Notes under the pieces: model-generated
What the model saw: the letters and a program-made list of their open reading frames with translations, nothing else
What the model was told of the DNA's origin: nothing
Database searches by the model: none
From: a virus
DNA: 64,000 nt
Virus record (IMG/VR): IMGVR_UViG_3300032291_003441
Coordinates: 9,087 to 73,086 of that record
Direction: 5' to 3' (one strand)
Part shown: piece by piece, positions 19,421 through 28,700 of the stretch
Layout of the letters: every line of letters starts with the position of its first letter
How positions within the stretch are numbered: position 1 is the stretch's first letter
Translations under genes and position numbers: made by a program

Positions 19421-19477
19421 GTTTCTAAAAGTTTGTTGGTTTTATTCTATGATAAATATCATAGAGGGGGTTAAAAA

Positions 19478-19729
19478 TTAATCAACAATAGTAATTTCTC
19501 CTTTATCTAAGTTAATAGTACCGTTACCATACTTAGCTTGGAGTTCATTACTTAAAGTTGCTTCAGAATTTCTAACTTCAACCAAAAGGTTAATTAGATT
19601 TTCTTTTTGCAATTCTAATTCTTGAATTCTCATTTCGATAAAACCGAAATCAGCCATTAACTGTTCTCTTTTTGTTTGTAAATCCTTAATTGATTGGATT
19701 TCTTCTTGTTCTAAAACTTGTGTTGCCAT
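19478..19729 (-). CDS. Small coiled-coil protein, paralog of 24683..24961
   Basis: Coiled coil ending LQAKYGNGTINLDKGEI. Confidence 0.7.
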   Translation of the reverse strand: MATQVLEQEEIQSIKDLQTKREQLMADFGFIEMRIQELELQKENLINLLVEVRNSEATLSNELQAKYGNGTINLDKGEITIVD

Positions 19730-19757
19730 ATGTTATTGTTTTTATTTTATTGTTTTT

Positions 19758-20540
19758 TTAAATATAAGTAGCTACAAAGGTAAAATCGGTACTTGCTATG
19801 TTACTTTCAAAAGTAATACTTGTAGGACTGTTTAAAGTTGCACTTACAGTAGCGCTTGATTGTGAAGGGGCTATACCTAAAAATAAGTTTTGATTTAGTG
19901 TCTTACCTGTTAAATCAAGTGGTAATGTAGATAATACACTAGTGAATGGAGGAGTTGCTCCAGTCTTACCTGCTCCAGCAAACATTTTTAATATACCTAC
20001 AACTGCTACTGCTGAACCACTTGGGATGTAATATCCAGATACTTGATTAGATGTAGTAGCAACATCTGCAATACTTGAAGTAATAGCTACAGATGCTGAG
20101 GTAGCAAAAGATGCAGTTCCGTTTACGCTACCTGATAATGAACCTGTAATAGAGATAAATTTACCAATAGATCCAGAAACTGTTATTCCACCAGTTCCTC
20201 CTAATATATTTGTTGATGGATTATAATATGGACCGTTTGTTCCGTCTGCTGCTAAGGGATGAAATCCATCTAATCCAAAAGTATCATTTTTAAATATTAA
20301 AGTATAATTTGCATCTGTTGAACTATTAGATGCAATATACACAGAAGAACCAGATAAAGCGTTTACTGCGTTTTGGAAAAATCCACTACCTGTAGTTGCT
20401 CCTGAAAATGCAAATGATCCAGATAATGAAATAGCGTATCCTTCAATACCAGTGAATGCGTCAACACTTTGTGATACGTCTGCGGCTTGAACAATATTGC
20501 CGTTTAGGATATTAGATTTAGATAAGGTTTTTAAGGCCAT
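19758..20540 (-). CDS. Ser/Thr/Gly-rich virion structural protein (fibre/decoration-like)
   Basis: ITGSLSGSVNGTASFATSAS-type repeats typical of phage fibre proteins. Confidence 0.55.
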   Translation of the reverse strand: MALKTLSKSNILNGNIVQAADVSQSVDAFTGIEGYAISLSGSFAFSGATTGSGFFQNAVNALSGSSVYIASNSSTDANYTLIFKNDTFGLDGFHPLAADGTNGPYYNPSTNILGGTGGITVSGSIGKFISITGSLSGSVNGTASFATSASVAITSSIADVATTSNQVSGYYIPSGSAVAVVGILKMFAGAGKTGATPPFTSVLSTLPLDLTGKTLNQNLFLGIAPSQSSATVSATLNSPTSITFESNIASTDFTFVATYI

Positions 20541-20542
20541 GT

Positions 20543-21748
20543 TTATTGATAAATATTCAACATTTTATCAATTGCGCCAATTACTTGAACAGGTTTTATA
20601 GTTTTTGTACATTCAAAATGTCTTGGAGTATCTTTATGATCAGGACACCATTCCCAATCACCAGGATTTAACCAATGGCGATTAAAACATCCAGTACATG
20701 CTTTAGAATCTAAAGTAAATATACGTTCACAATCTTTAAATTCAGTATAAGGATAACTAAAGCCTGAAATTAAAATAGTTGGAGTACCTATCGACCAGCT
20801 TAACCAGCTTAATCCACTGCCTACTCCTATAAATAATTCAGCATCTCTAATATCAATCATCCTGTCAGATAAATCAATATTATAACCTGTTTTATTTATT
20901 ACACCGGTTAACGTACCTCCTAGTTTTGAATCATGCCATTCATCACCTAAAGGTTCACCTGTTATCATAACTACTTTATAACCTTTTTCATTTAAGTAAT
21001 CAATAATGGTTTGCCATCCTTTAGGATGCATCCAATATTTGGCGTGAGAGGAGGCATGAGGAGCTATTACAACATACTTACCTTTTATATTTGTTTTTTT
21101 ACGAGATATAGTAAGTTTTGGTTTTACTTCTTTATATTCTAGTCCTAAAATTTCTGGTGGTGTTTGTTGTAGGGGATGTTTTTTAAAATCAAATGGTATT
21201 TTATCCTTTACAATTTCTTCTCCATCATAAAACCATCCTACATTAAACATAGCATATAAATTGTTTACCTCAGTTCCTGGTTTTACAAACTCAATTTGTG
21301 GATATTCTTTTTTAAACCATTCGTTATGGAATGTAGAACAAATTACCTCACAATCCCATTTTTGTCTAAATTCTTCAGCATAAGGAAACCAAGCTAAAGT
21401 ATCACCAACTGCTCCTGAATCTAAATGGATGTAAACTCTTTTGTTTTTAGGGTTAAAGATATGTTCATATACTTTTTCTCCTGTTTTGTTATTAAATACT
21501 TCTATTTTCCAGTCAACACAATACTTTATACTAGTACGAGTCCACATATTATTATTAATAACACTATTATGAACTATTTCATTTGTTTTTGTATTTGTAA
21601 AAGTAACTTTATACTTTTCTTCTAAAGGTCCTACTACTTCTAAAAAAGCACCATCAACAAAATTAACATTAAAAGTATTTAAAGGTTGCTTACTTTTTAG
21701 ATTTAAGATTTTAGTGTTTTTATATTCTTTAATTAGTAAGTCTTTCAT
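20543..21748 (-). CDS. Aah/TibC-family (autotransporter strand-loop-strand) protein O-heptosyltransferase-like enzyme
   Basis: GAVGDTLAWFPYAEEF, AKYWMHPKGW, FIGVGSGLSWLSW, ISGFSYPYTEF, and Cys cluster CTGCFN...WCPDHKDTPRHFECTKTI matching the TibC iron-finger. Confidence 0.85.
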   Translation of the reverse strand: MKDLLIKEYKNTKILNLKSKQPLNTFNVNFVDGAFLEVVGPLEEKYKVTFTNTKTNEIVHNSVINNNMWTRTSIKYCVDWKIEVFNNKTGEKVYEHIFNPKNKRVYIHLDSGAVGDTLAWFPYAEEFRQKWDCEVICSTFHNEWFKKEYPQIEFVKPGTEVNNLYAMFNVGWFYDGEEIVKDKIPFDFKKHPLQQTPPEILGLEYKEVKPKLTISRKKTNIKGKYVVIAPHASSHAKYWMHPKGWQTIIDYLNEKGYKVVMITGEPLGDEWHDSKLGGTLTGVINKTGYNIDLSDRMIDIRDAELFIGVGSGLSWLSWSIGTPTILISGFSYPYTEFKDCERIFTLDSKACTGCFNRHWLNPGDWEWCPDHKDTPRHFECTKTIKPVQVIGAIDKMLNIYQ

Positions 21749-22676
21749 ATAACTGTATTAATTCTTTAGAACGGTTTAACCAAGATAATTCTTGGGCTGT
21801 ATTTAAAGCATTTTGTCGGTATTGGTTGTACTCATCAATGATAACATCTAATCCTTGAATTAACAAGTTTAAGTCACGAGGTGCTCTCCATAAACCATGA
21901 AATATTGTTTCTTCCTCAATACATCCTAAAATAGGTAAACCACAGGCTGCTGCCTCCAATAATGTAAGATTAGGATGGCCTGCCTCTAAATCACTAGGAT
22001 GTAAAAATATAGTATGTGAGTTATAAAGCTGTCTTAATTGTTCATTAGATGGTTCATTTAAAACACTTAATTTAGGATAACCAAATATCCACGGATTATC
22101 ATTAAACCAATTTTCATTATTTTTAGGTCCAGCTATTGTAATAGGTAAATTACGAGACATAGCTACTTTAACCCCTAACTCAAATCCTTTCCTATCATAT
22201 GAACCATAACCACCTAAACCATTATTTGCTAACATTAGTAAGCTATGATAAATAGGGGTTGTATCGTTTGGTTTAAACGTATCTATATTTACTCCATGAG
22301 AAAAATAATACACATTAGGCAAATCAAAATAATCAACTAAATAACGAGCCGGCACTAAAGAAAAAATAGATTTTTCCATTGCCTCTCGATTTTGTTGGTA
22401 TATAGTGGAGTCTTTTCCGTAATGATAAGCATGGTGATCATGGTGTTGAAATACATACGATACGTTATTAGACGCCAATTCTAACGCTAAATTAGCCACA
22501 TGTACCATCACTAAATCATATTCACCTGGTTGGATTTCATTGGCCCATTTTATGTCAACTTCATGGCCTAATTCTTTTAAATTACATGTAAATTCCCAAA
22601 CAATTTTTTCAATAGCACCCCATGTAGGTGGGGGAATTGGTATTCCACATCCTGGATTTACTTGACAGATTTTCAT
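21729..22676 (-). CDS. GT-B fold glycosyltransferase (GT4-like)
   Basis: PPPTWGAIEKIV, HGVNIDTF, RKGF, EAGHPNLTLLEAAACGLP motifs. Confidence 0.88.
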   Translation of the reverse strand: MKICQVNPGCGIPIPPPTWGAIEKIVWEFTCNLKELGHEVDIKWANEIQPGEYDLVMVHVANLALELASNNVSYVFQHHDHHAYHYGKDSTIYQQNREAMEKSIFSLVPARYLVDYFDLPNVYYFSHGVNIDTFKPNDTTPIYHSLLMLANNGLGGYGSYDRKGFELGVKVAMSRNLPITIAGPKNNENWFNDNPWIFGYPKLSVLNEPSNEQLRQLYNSHTIFLHPSDLEAGHPNLTLLEAAACGLPILGCIEEETIFHGLWRAPRDLNLLIQGLDVIIDEYNQYRQNALNTAQELSWLNRSKELIQLYERLTN

Positions 22677-24664
22677 GATAATGTTAAGACTCCATTTTTA
22701 GGTAATTGGTTTTCAAAGTATTGTTTATCAACTATTATTTTTTTCTCTTCAACTAATGCTTGATTATATCTATCAAAAGCCATGTAATATATTTTATATA
22801 TTTTTTTAGGATCAAATGTTACTTGTCTAAACCAAGATAATTTGTGAGTTACTTTTACTGTTTCATCAAACAACATTTTATCATCCTCATAAACAGCTAT
22901 TTCAATATCTCTATTGTCTGTGGAATTAGCTATACTTAAAAACACAGCAAATTGTTCAGGATGATCTTTAACAGGTAGTACAGAAAAATATTCTACTCTT
23001 GAATAATCTTTATGTTCAAAATTTTCATCTATTAATTTGGTAAAATTTAGTTTATCTTCCCAATATATTTTATCTTTATCTTGATTAAATGTATGGTAAG
23101 TTAAATTTTCTAAACCATTAGATTCACTACCCCATTTTATCATTAAATCATCATATTCTTTAGCTGTTTTAATTAACGGAAAATGATCTAAATAAAATTT
23201 AGGTTCTGATGCTAAGAAATAAGTAATAATTGTATTACCTTCTTGTTCTTTTCTTAAACCAACATATGCTTTTTTATTGTTTAATATTAAAGATATATTA
23301 TCAATATAAGATGCATTTTTTAGATGGTAATCGTAATTTAAAAAATATAATTTTTTAATGCCTAAATCTTTAGCTAACGAGGCAGCATTGTAATAGTTTG
23401 TATAAACAGCAGGTCCATGATAAACATCATTGTTTTCACCTGTTAACATTAAATCTACTCTCCAGCTATCATAGTCAAACCATGTATATTGATAAAATGT
23501 ATGTTTAGTTAAAAGATTATTATTATCGTAAATACAATAATCAACCATTTCTTGCAATTCTTTAGGAATTGGTAAATGTGAAGTTAATATAATCTTTCTA
23601 CCTGTTTGTTTTAAAGCCTCAATACATTCTTTAGTTGTTTTAACTATAGAGTTTAATAGTGGATATGTTGAAACTACAATTGCTTCTTCCTCTACATTTA
23701 TATAATTGCTAGAGTTTAAACTTGATTCAATTAAACTTAGATTATAAGAAAAATCAGTAGTGTCTAAATAATTAACATTATAATCATCCCAATAATTTAA
23801 GTATACAGGTAGATTATGGATTAAAATTGGTATTTGATATGAAACAGCCTCCCTAATTACTAAAGGCATTGTTTCTTTATCATTGTTTGTACCCCTAGAT
23901 GTAAATAAGAATAGATCCATTGCCTGGTAGAAAGCATCTACATCTGTTCTTTCATTCCACCATGTTAAATTATTAGGCTTATCATTCATTAATGGTTCCC
24001 AATAATGTTTAAAATTGTCTGCTTGATTACCTACACAATGGAATTCATATTGTGGTAATGCTTTAGCATAGGCAAAAAACTCAGCTTGATTTTTACGAGG
24101 AGTAAATAAACCAATATGTAAAATATGTTTTTTATTAGGATCTAACCCTAATTTTTGTAGTGCCTCTGTTCTGTCTGGTCTTTCAATATATTCTATAGGA
24201 TATTCAACTAATACTTTAGGAATGTCTATATTTTTATATTGATTTATTTGCCATTGAGACACAAACATAAACTTGTCAGGAAAGAATTTCTTTTGAGTTA
24301 TATCGTAAGATGAATCATGAGATGTTTCTACAATTTTATATGCTCTATCCTGAGTGTAGATTTGGTTTGCAATATTAAAATCCATAAAAAACTCAGGTAT
24401 TTCCTCTAAATGGATAATATCTGGTTTTACTTGATTTATAATATCAATAAGTTCTTGTTTATTTTCTCCTAGAGTAAAAAACTTGTCTTTATCAACAAGC
24501 TTTACAATTTTATTTCTAGTAACTACTAATACACCTCCAGTACAATCTGACCATTCAACTAAATAAATTTCAAAACTATCTTTTAATAGTTCTATTTTTT
24601 TAGTTAAATATTGAGGCAGCCCCCCTGTTGACAAGTGGGGGGCTACATACAGTAGTTTTTCCAT
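22673..24664 (-). CDS. Two-domain glycosyltransferase: N-terminal GT4-like plus a second putative transferase domain
   Basis: HLSTGGLPQY, IGLFTPRKNQ, ETMPLVIREA; second domain ILTSHLPI...VDYCIYD...NYDY. Confidence 0.8.
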   Translation of the reverse strand: MEKLLYVAPHLSTGGLPQYLTKKIELLKDSFEIYLVEWSDCTGGVLVVTRNKIVKLVDKDKFFTLGENKQELIDIINQVKPDIIHLEEIPEFFMDFNIANQIYTQDRAYKIVETSHDSSYDITQKKFFPDKFMFVSQWQINQYKNIDIPKVLVEYPIEYIERPDRTEALQKLGLDPNKKHILHIGLFTPRKNQAEFFAYAKALPQYEFHCVGNQADNFKHYWEPLMNDKPNNLTWWNERTDVDAFYQAMDLFLFTSRGTNNDKETMPLVIREAVSYQIPILIHNLPVYLNYWDDYNVNYLDTTDFSYNLSLIESSLNSSNYINVEEEAIVVSTYPLLNSIVKTTKECIEALKQTGRKIILTSHLPIPKELQEMVDYCIYDNNNLLTKHTFYQYTWFDYDSWRVDLMLTGENNDVYHGPAVYTNYYNAASLAKDLGIKKLYFLNYDYHLKNASYIDNISLILNNKKAYVGLRKEQEGNTIITYFLASEPKFYLDHFPLIKTAKEYDDLMIKWGSESNGLENLTYHTFNQDKDKIYWEDKLNFTKLIDENFEHKDYSRVEYFSVLPVKDHPEQFAVFLSIANSTDNRDIEIAVYEDDKMLFDETVKVTHKLSWFRQVTFDPKKIYKIYYMAFDRYNQALVEEKKIIVDKQYFENQLPKNGVLTLS

Positions 24665-24682
24665 ATAACCTTTAAAATAAGA

Positions 24683-24961
24683 TTAGAAGGAAGCGATTTC
24701 AGTATTTTCTATTTCAGAAGGAATAAATTCTCCACTCTCAATATCAATTGAACCTACACCGTACTTTTCAGACAGTGTTTTTCCTAACTCAGCTTCTTCT
24801 TCTTTTAACTCATTGTAGAATTTAATAATGTCTACTTTTCTTGCTTCAATTTGCAATTTAGCGATTTCTAAACCACCGAATTCATTAACAACAGCAGTGT
24901 TTTTTTGTTGAATTAATTTAAGAGCTTCAATCTCTTTTTTAGTTAATTTTTTAGTACCCAT
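24683..24961 (-). CDS. Small coiled-coil protein, paralog of 19478..19729
   Basis: Coiled coil ending LSEKYGVGSIDIESGEF. Confidence 0.7.
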   Translation of the reverse strand: MGTKKLTKKEIEALKLIQQKNTAVVNEFGGLEIAKLQIEARKVDIIKFYNELKEEEAELGKTLSEKYGVGSIDIESGEFIPSEIENTEIASF

Positions 24962-24996
24962 AGATTTTGTTTATTTATAACAGTTTATATGTAATA

Positions 24997-25026
24997 AATA
25001 TAATAAAAATAAGTTAAACACCCAAG
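24997..25026 (-). promoter_or_regulatory. Promoter CTTG-N20-TATATTTA heading the glycosyltransferase operon
   Basis: Same spacing as the other copies. Confidence 0.7.
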
Positions 25027-25048
25027 TTTTATTATAAAATAATTAAAA

Positions 25049-25732
25049 TTAATTTACAGTAACTGTAAAATACAAACCTGTGTAACCACTGTAAGCGGCT
25101 ACATCCGCTGTTCCCCATGTAGTTGATGTAAATGTTGTTCCACCTGAGCCTGCTGCTACTGTTTGTCCTGTAAAAAAGCTAGTACCATTTATAGATAAAT
25201 CTGCTGTTCCTCCGGCAAATGAAGGAAAAGCTCCAGAAACTATTACTTTCCAATAACCCCTAAATATAATAGGATCTCCAGTAGGTTGACTTACTGCTGT
25301 TGGTCCATAAGTACCAGGTGCCATAGCCATACCACCACCACTTAAATATTGATATGCAAAACCTGAATCCCATAATTCAACATTCACATTAACAGCATTA
25401 TCTACTGGAGGAGGAGGAAATGGTGGGGGATTTGTTTTATTATTTGTTACATTTAAAGTTACCTGGAATGTAGAATTATCATAGTAGTACGTTAAACCAT
25501 CAAAATCACCTACACCAATATTTGAAGTTTTAGCAGATGTTCCATATATTCTATTAGCTCCTGATCCTTCACCTTGGCCCCAATTATTAGTTGTTTGTGA
25601 ATTTGAACCATTAGGACCAGCAAAATATGAAAAAAAACTCATAGTTAACATACTAATAATACCTGAGGAATAAGTGCTATTGGCTTCTTCCCATATGTTT
25701 TTAAAACTAACGTTTGAAGTTGGAACCGTCAT
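25049..25732 (-). CDS. Fibre-associated protein (possible distal adhesin/tip)
   Basis: Overlaps fibre gene stop by 4 nt (ATGA); beta-rich and aromatic with a poly-Pro stretch. Confidence 0.55.
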   Translation of the reverse strand: MTVPTSNVSFKNIWEEANSTYSSGIISMLTMSFFSYFAGPNGSNSQTTNNWGQGEGSGANRIYGTSAKTSNIGVGDFDGLTYYYDNSTFQVTLNVTNNKTNPPPFPPPPVDNAVNVNVELWDSGFAYQYLSGGGMAMAPGTYGPTAVSQPTGDPIIFRGYWKVIVSGAFPSFAGGTADLSINGTSFFTGQTVAAGSGGTTFTSTTWGTADVAAYSGYTGLYFTVTVN

Positions 25733-28700
25733 TTTAATTTATTTTCTAATTCTTCTACTCTTTTACTTAGTTCTTTAATAGCTTCAATTAATAAAGCATT
25801 TAAGTTTCCATAAGCTACAGATTTCATTCCTGTTTTAGAATCTGTATGAACTACTTCAGGTAATACCTTTTCAACTTCTTGAGCTATAACACCAGCATAT
25901 CTATTTATATTGTCTGGATTGTCTAGTCGTATAAAGGTAATTCCATTTATTTGGTTAATTTTATTAATAGCATTTTCAATTACTTTAATTTCACCTTTAA
26001 TTCTAGAATCTGAAAATGCTTGAATATCATTTGAAGCATAAATTGAGATACCACTTACGTTAGCATTAACATGAACAGGATAGCTTGGACTTGTTGTACT
26101 AACTCCTAGTCTACCATTTGTAACATCAGTGTATAAAAAAGATACACTTTGTATAGTAGTAGTACCTGTAGTTCTTACTAAATAATCAGGTTGATTAGTA
26201 AATGTACCTCCACTTATTCCTGAAGTACCATTAAAGGAGAGTCCTGATGTTCCCGCTGAACCGCTTGTACCTGAAGTACCAGCAACAGCAGAAAAACCAG
26301 CAGCGCCTGCTATACCTGAAGTACCTGAAGTACCTGCTGTTCCTGAAGTATTTGAGGAGCCTGATGCCCCTGCAGCCCCTGTTGTTCCATTTGATCCTGC
26401 TGAGCCTGCAGAACCAGAAGTATTTGAAGCTCCTGAAGTACCTGCGGCTCCTGTTGTTCCGTTAGAACCTCCAGATCCTGAAGTACCACTTGTATTTGAT
26501 ATACCACTTGCTCCTGCTAAACCTGAAGTACCTGTTGTACCAGAAGATCCAGCAGAACCACTTGTACCACTTGTATTACTTGCTCCTGAAGACCCAGCAG
26601 CACCTGAAGTGCCATTTGAACCTGCTGAACCTGAAGAACCTGAAGTATTAGAAGCACCTGAAGAACCTGCAGCACCTGTTGTTCCATTAGAACCAGCTGA
26701 ACCTGAAGTACCTGAGGTAGCTGAAACCCCTGAACCTCCATCTACACCTGAGGTTCCTGTAGAACCAGATGAGCCTGAAGAACCTGAAGTGTTAGAGGCA
26801 CCTGAAGAACCTGCAGCACCTGTTGTTCCGTTTGATCCTCCTGAACCGCTTGTACCTGATGTATTACTTGAACCAGAAGAACCCGCAGCACCTGTTGTTC
26901 CGTTTGAACCCCCAGATCCTGAAGTACCTGATGTATTACTTGATCCTGATGTACCAGCTGCTCCGCCTGTCCCATTAGAACCTGCTGAACCAGAAGTACC
27001 AGAAGTTGCACTAGCTGCTGAGAAACCTGCAGCACCTGCTATACCTGAAGTGCCTGAAGAACCAGATGAACCTGATGTATTTGAAGATCCTGAAGTACCA
27101 GCGTTTCCTGTTGTTCCATTAGAACCTCCTGAACCAGCTGAACCACTTGTATTAGAGGCACCTGAAGTGCCTGCTGCTCCTGTAGTACCTTGTGATCCAC
27201 CTGAACCACTAGTACCTGAAGTATTTGAATTGCCTGATGTGCCTGCGTTTCCTGTTGTACCTTGAGAACCAGAACTACCTGATGAGCCACTTGTTTGTGA
27301 TAAACCAGAAGTACCTGCTGCTCCTGTACTACCTTGAGAACCACTAGACCCACTTGAACCACTTGTTTGGCTTGCTCCTGAAGTACCGGCTGCACCTCCT
27401 GTACCATTAGAACCACCGGATCCACTAGTACCTGAAGTATTTGAAATACCACTAGCACCAGCTAGACCTGAAGTACCTGTAGTACCTGAAGAACCTGCTG
27501 AACCGCTTGTACCTGAAGTATTACTTGCTCCTGAAGAACCTGCAGCACCTGAAGTACCGTTTGATCCTGCTGAACCTGAAGAGCCTGAAGTATTAGCTAA
27601 GCCTGATGTACCTGCTGCTCCTGTAGTACCAAATGATCCACTTGAACCACTAGAACCACTTGTTTGTGATAAACCTGAAGTACCTGCTGCTCCTGTGCTA
27701 CCATTTGAACCACTTGATCCAGATGTACCTGAAGTTGCTGAAACACCTGAACCACCGTCTACACCTGAGGTACCAGTTGAACCTGAAGATCCACTAGAAC
27801 CTGAAGTACCAGCAGTACCTGCATTACCTGATGTACCTGAAGAACCTGAAGCTCCTGAGGTACCGCTTGTTTGACTTAAACCACTTGTACCTGTTGAACC
27901 ACTTGATCCACTTGTACCTGAAGTACTAGATTGACCTGAGTTTCCCGCGTTACCTGTGGTACCATTTGAACCACCTGAACCGCTTGTACCTGAGGTATTT
28001 GAATTGCCTGATGTACCTGCGTCTCCTGTTGTACCAAACGATCCTGACGAACCAGAAGAACCTGAAGTATTAGATAAGCCACTTGTACCAGCTGCGCCTG
28101 TACTACCTTGTGAACCGCTAGATCCACTAGAACCACTTGTTTGACTTAATCCTGAAGTACCTGCTGCACCTGTACTACCTTGTGAGCCTGAACTACCTGA
28201 GGAACCACTTGTTTGACTTTCTCCAGAAGTACCTGCTGCGCCTGTAGTTCCATTAGAACCTGAAGAACCGCTTGTACCTGAAGTTGCACTGGCTGCTGAG
28301 AAACCTGCAGCACCTGCTATACCTGATGTACCTGAACTACCACTAGTTCCTGAAGTGTTTGAAGTACCACTTGTACCATCAACACCTGAAGTACCATTTG
28401 AACCTGTTGAGCCTGATGTACCTGAACTACCTGAAGTACCTGTAGAGCCACTTAAACCTGAAGAGCCACTTGTACCACCAGTTTGTGATAAACCACTTGT
28501 ACCTGTAGAGCCTGAGCTACCTGAAGTTCCTGAAGTAGAACTTTGCCCACTATTGCCAGCGTTTCCAGTAGTACCATTAGAACCACCTGAACCGCTTGTT
28601 CCTGAAGTATTTGAGCTACCTGCAGTACCAGCATCACCTGAAGTACCATATGAACCTGTAGATCCACTTGAACCGCTTGATCCGCTAGAACCTGAAGTAC

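Noticed and set aside
20543-24664. Glycosyltransferases as T4-type DNA glucosyltransferases
   Set aside because: No hydroxymethylase or other base-modification genes are adjacent, the context is structural, and one enzyme belongs to a protein-targeting family; not fully excluded for the GT4 enzymes
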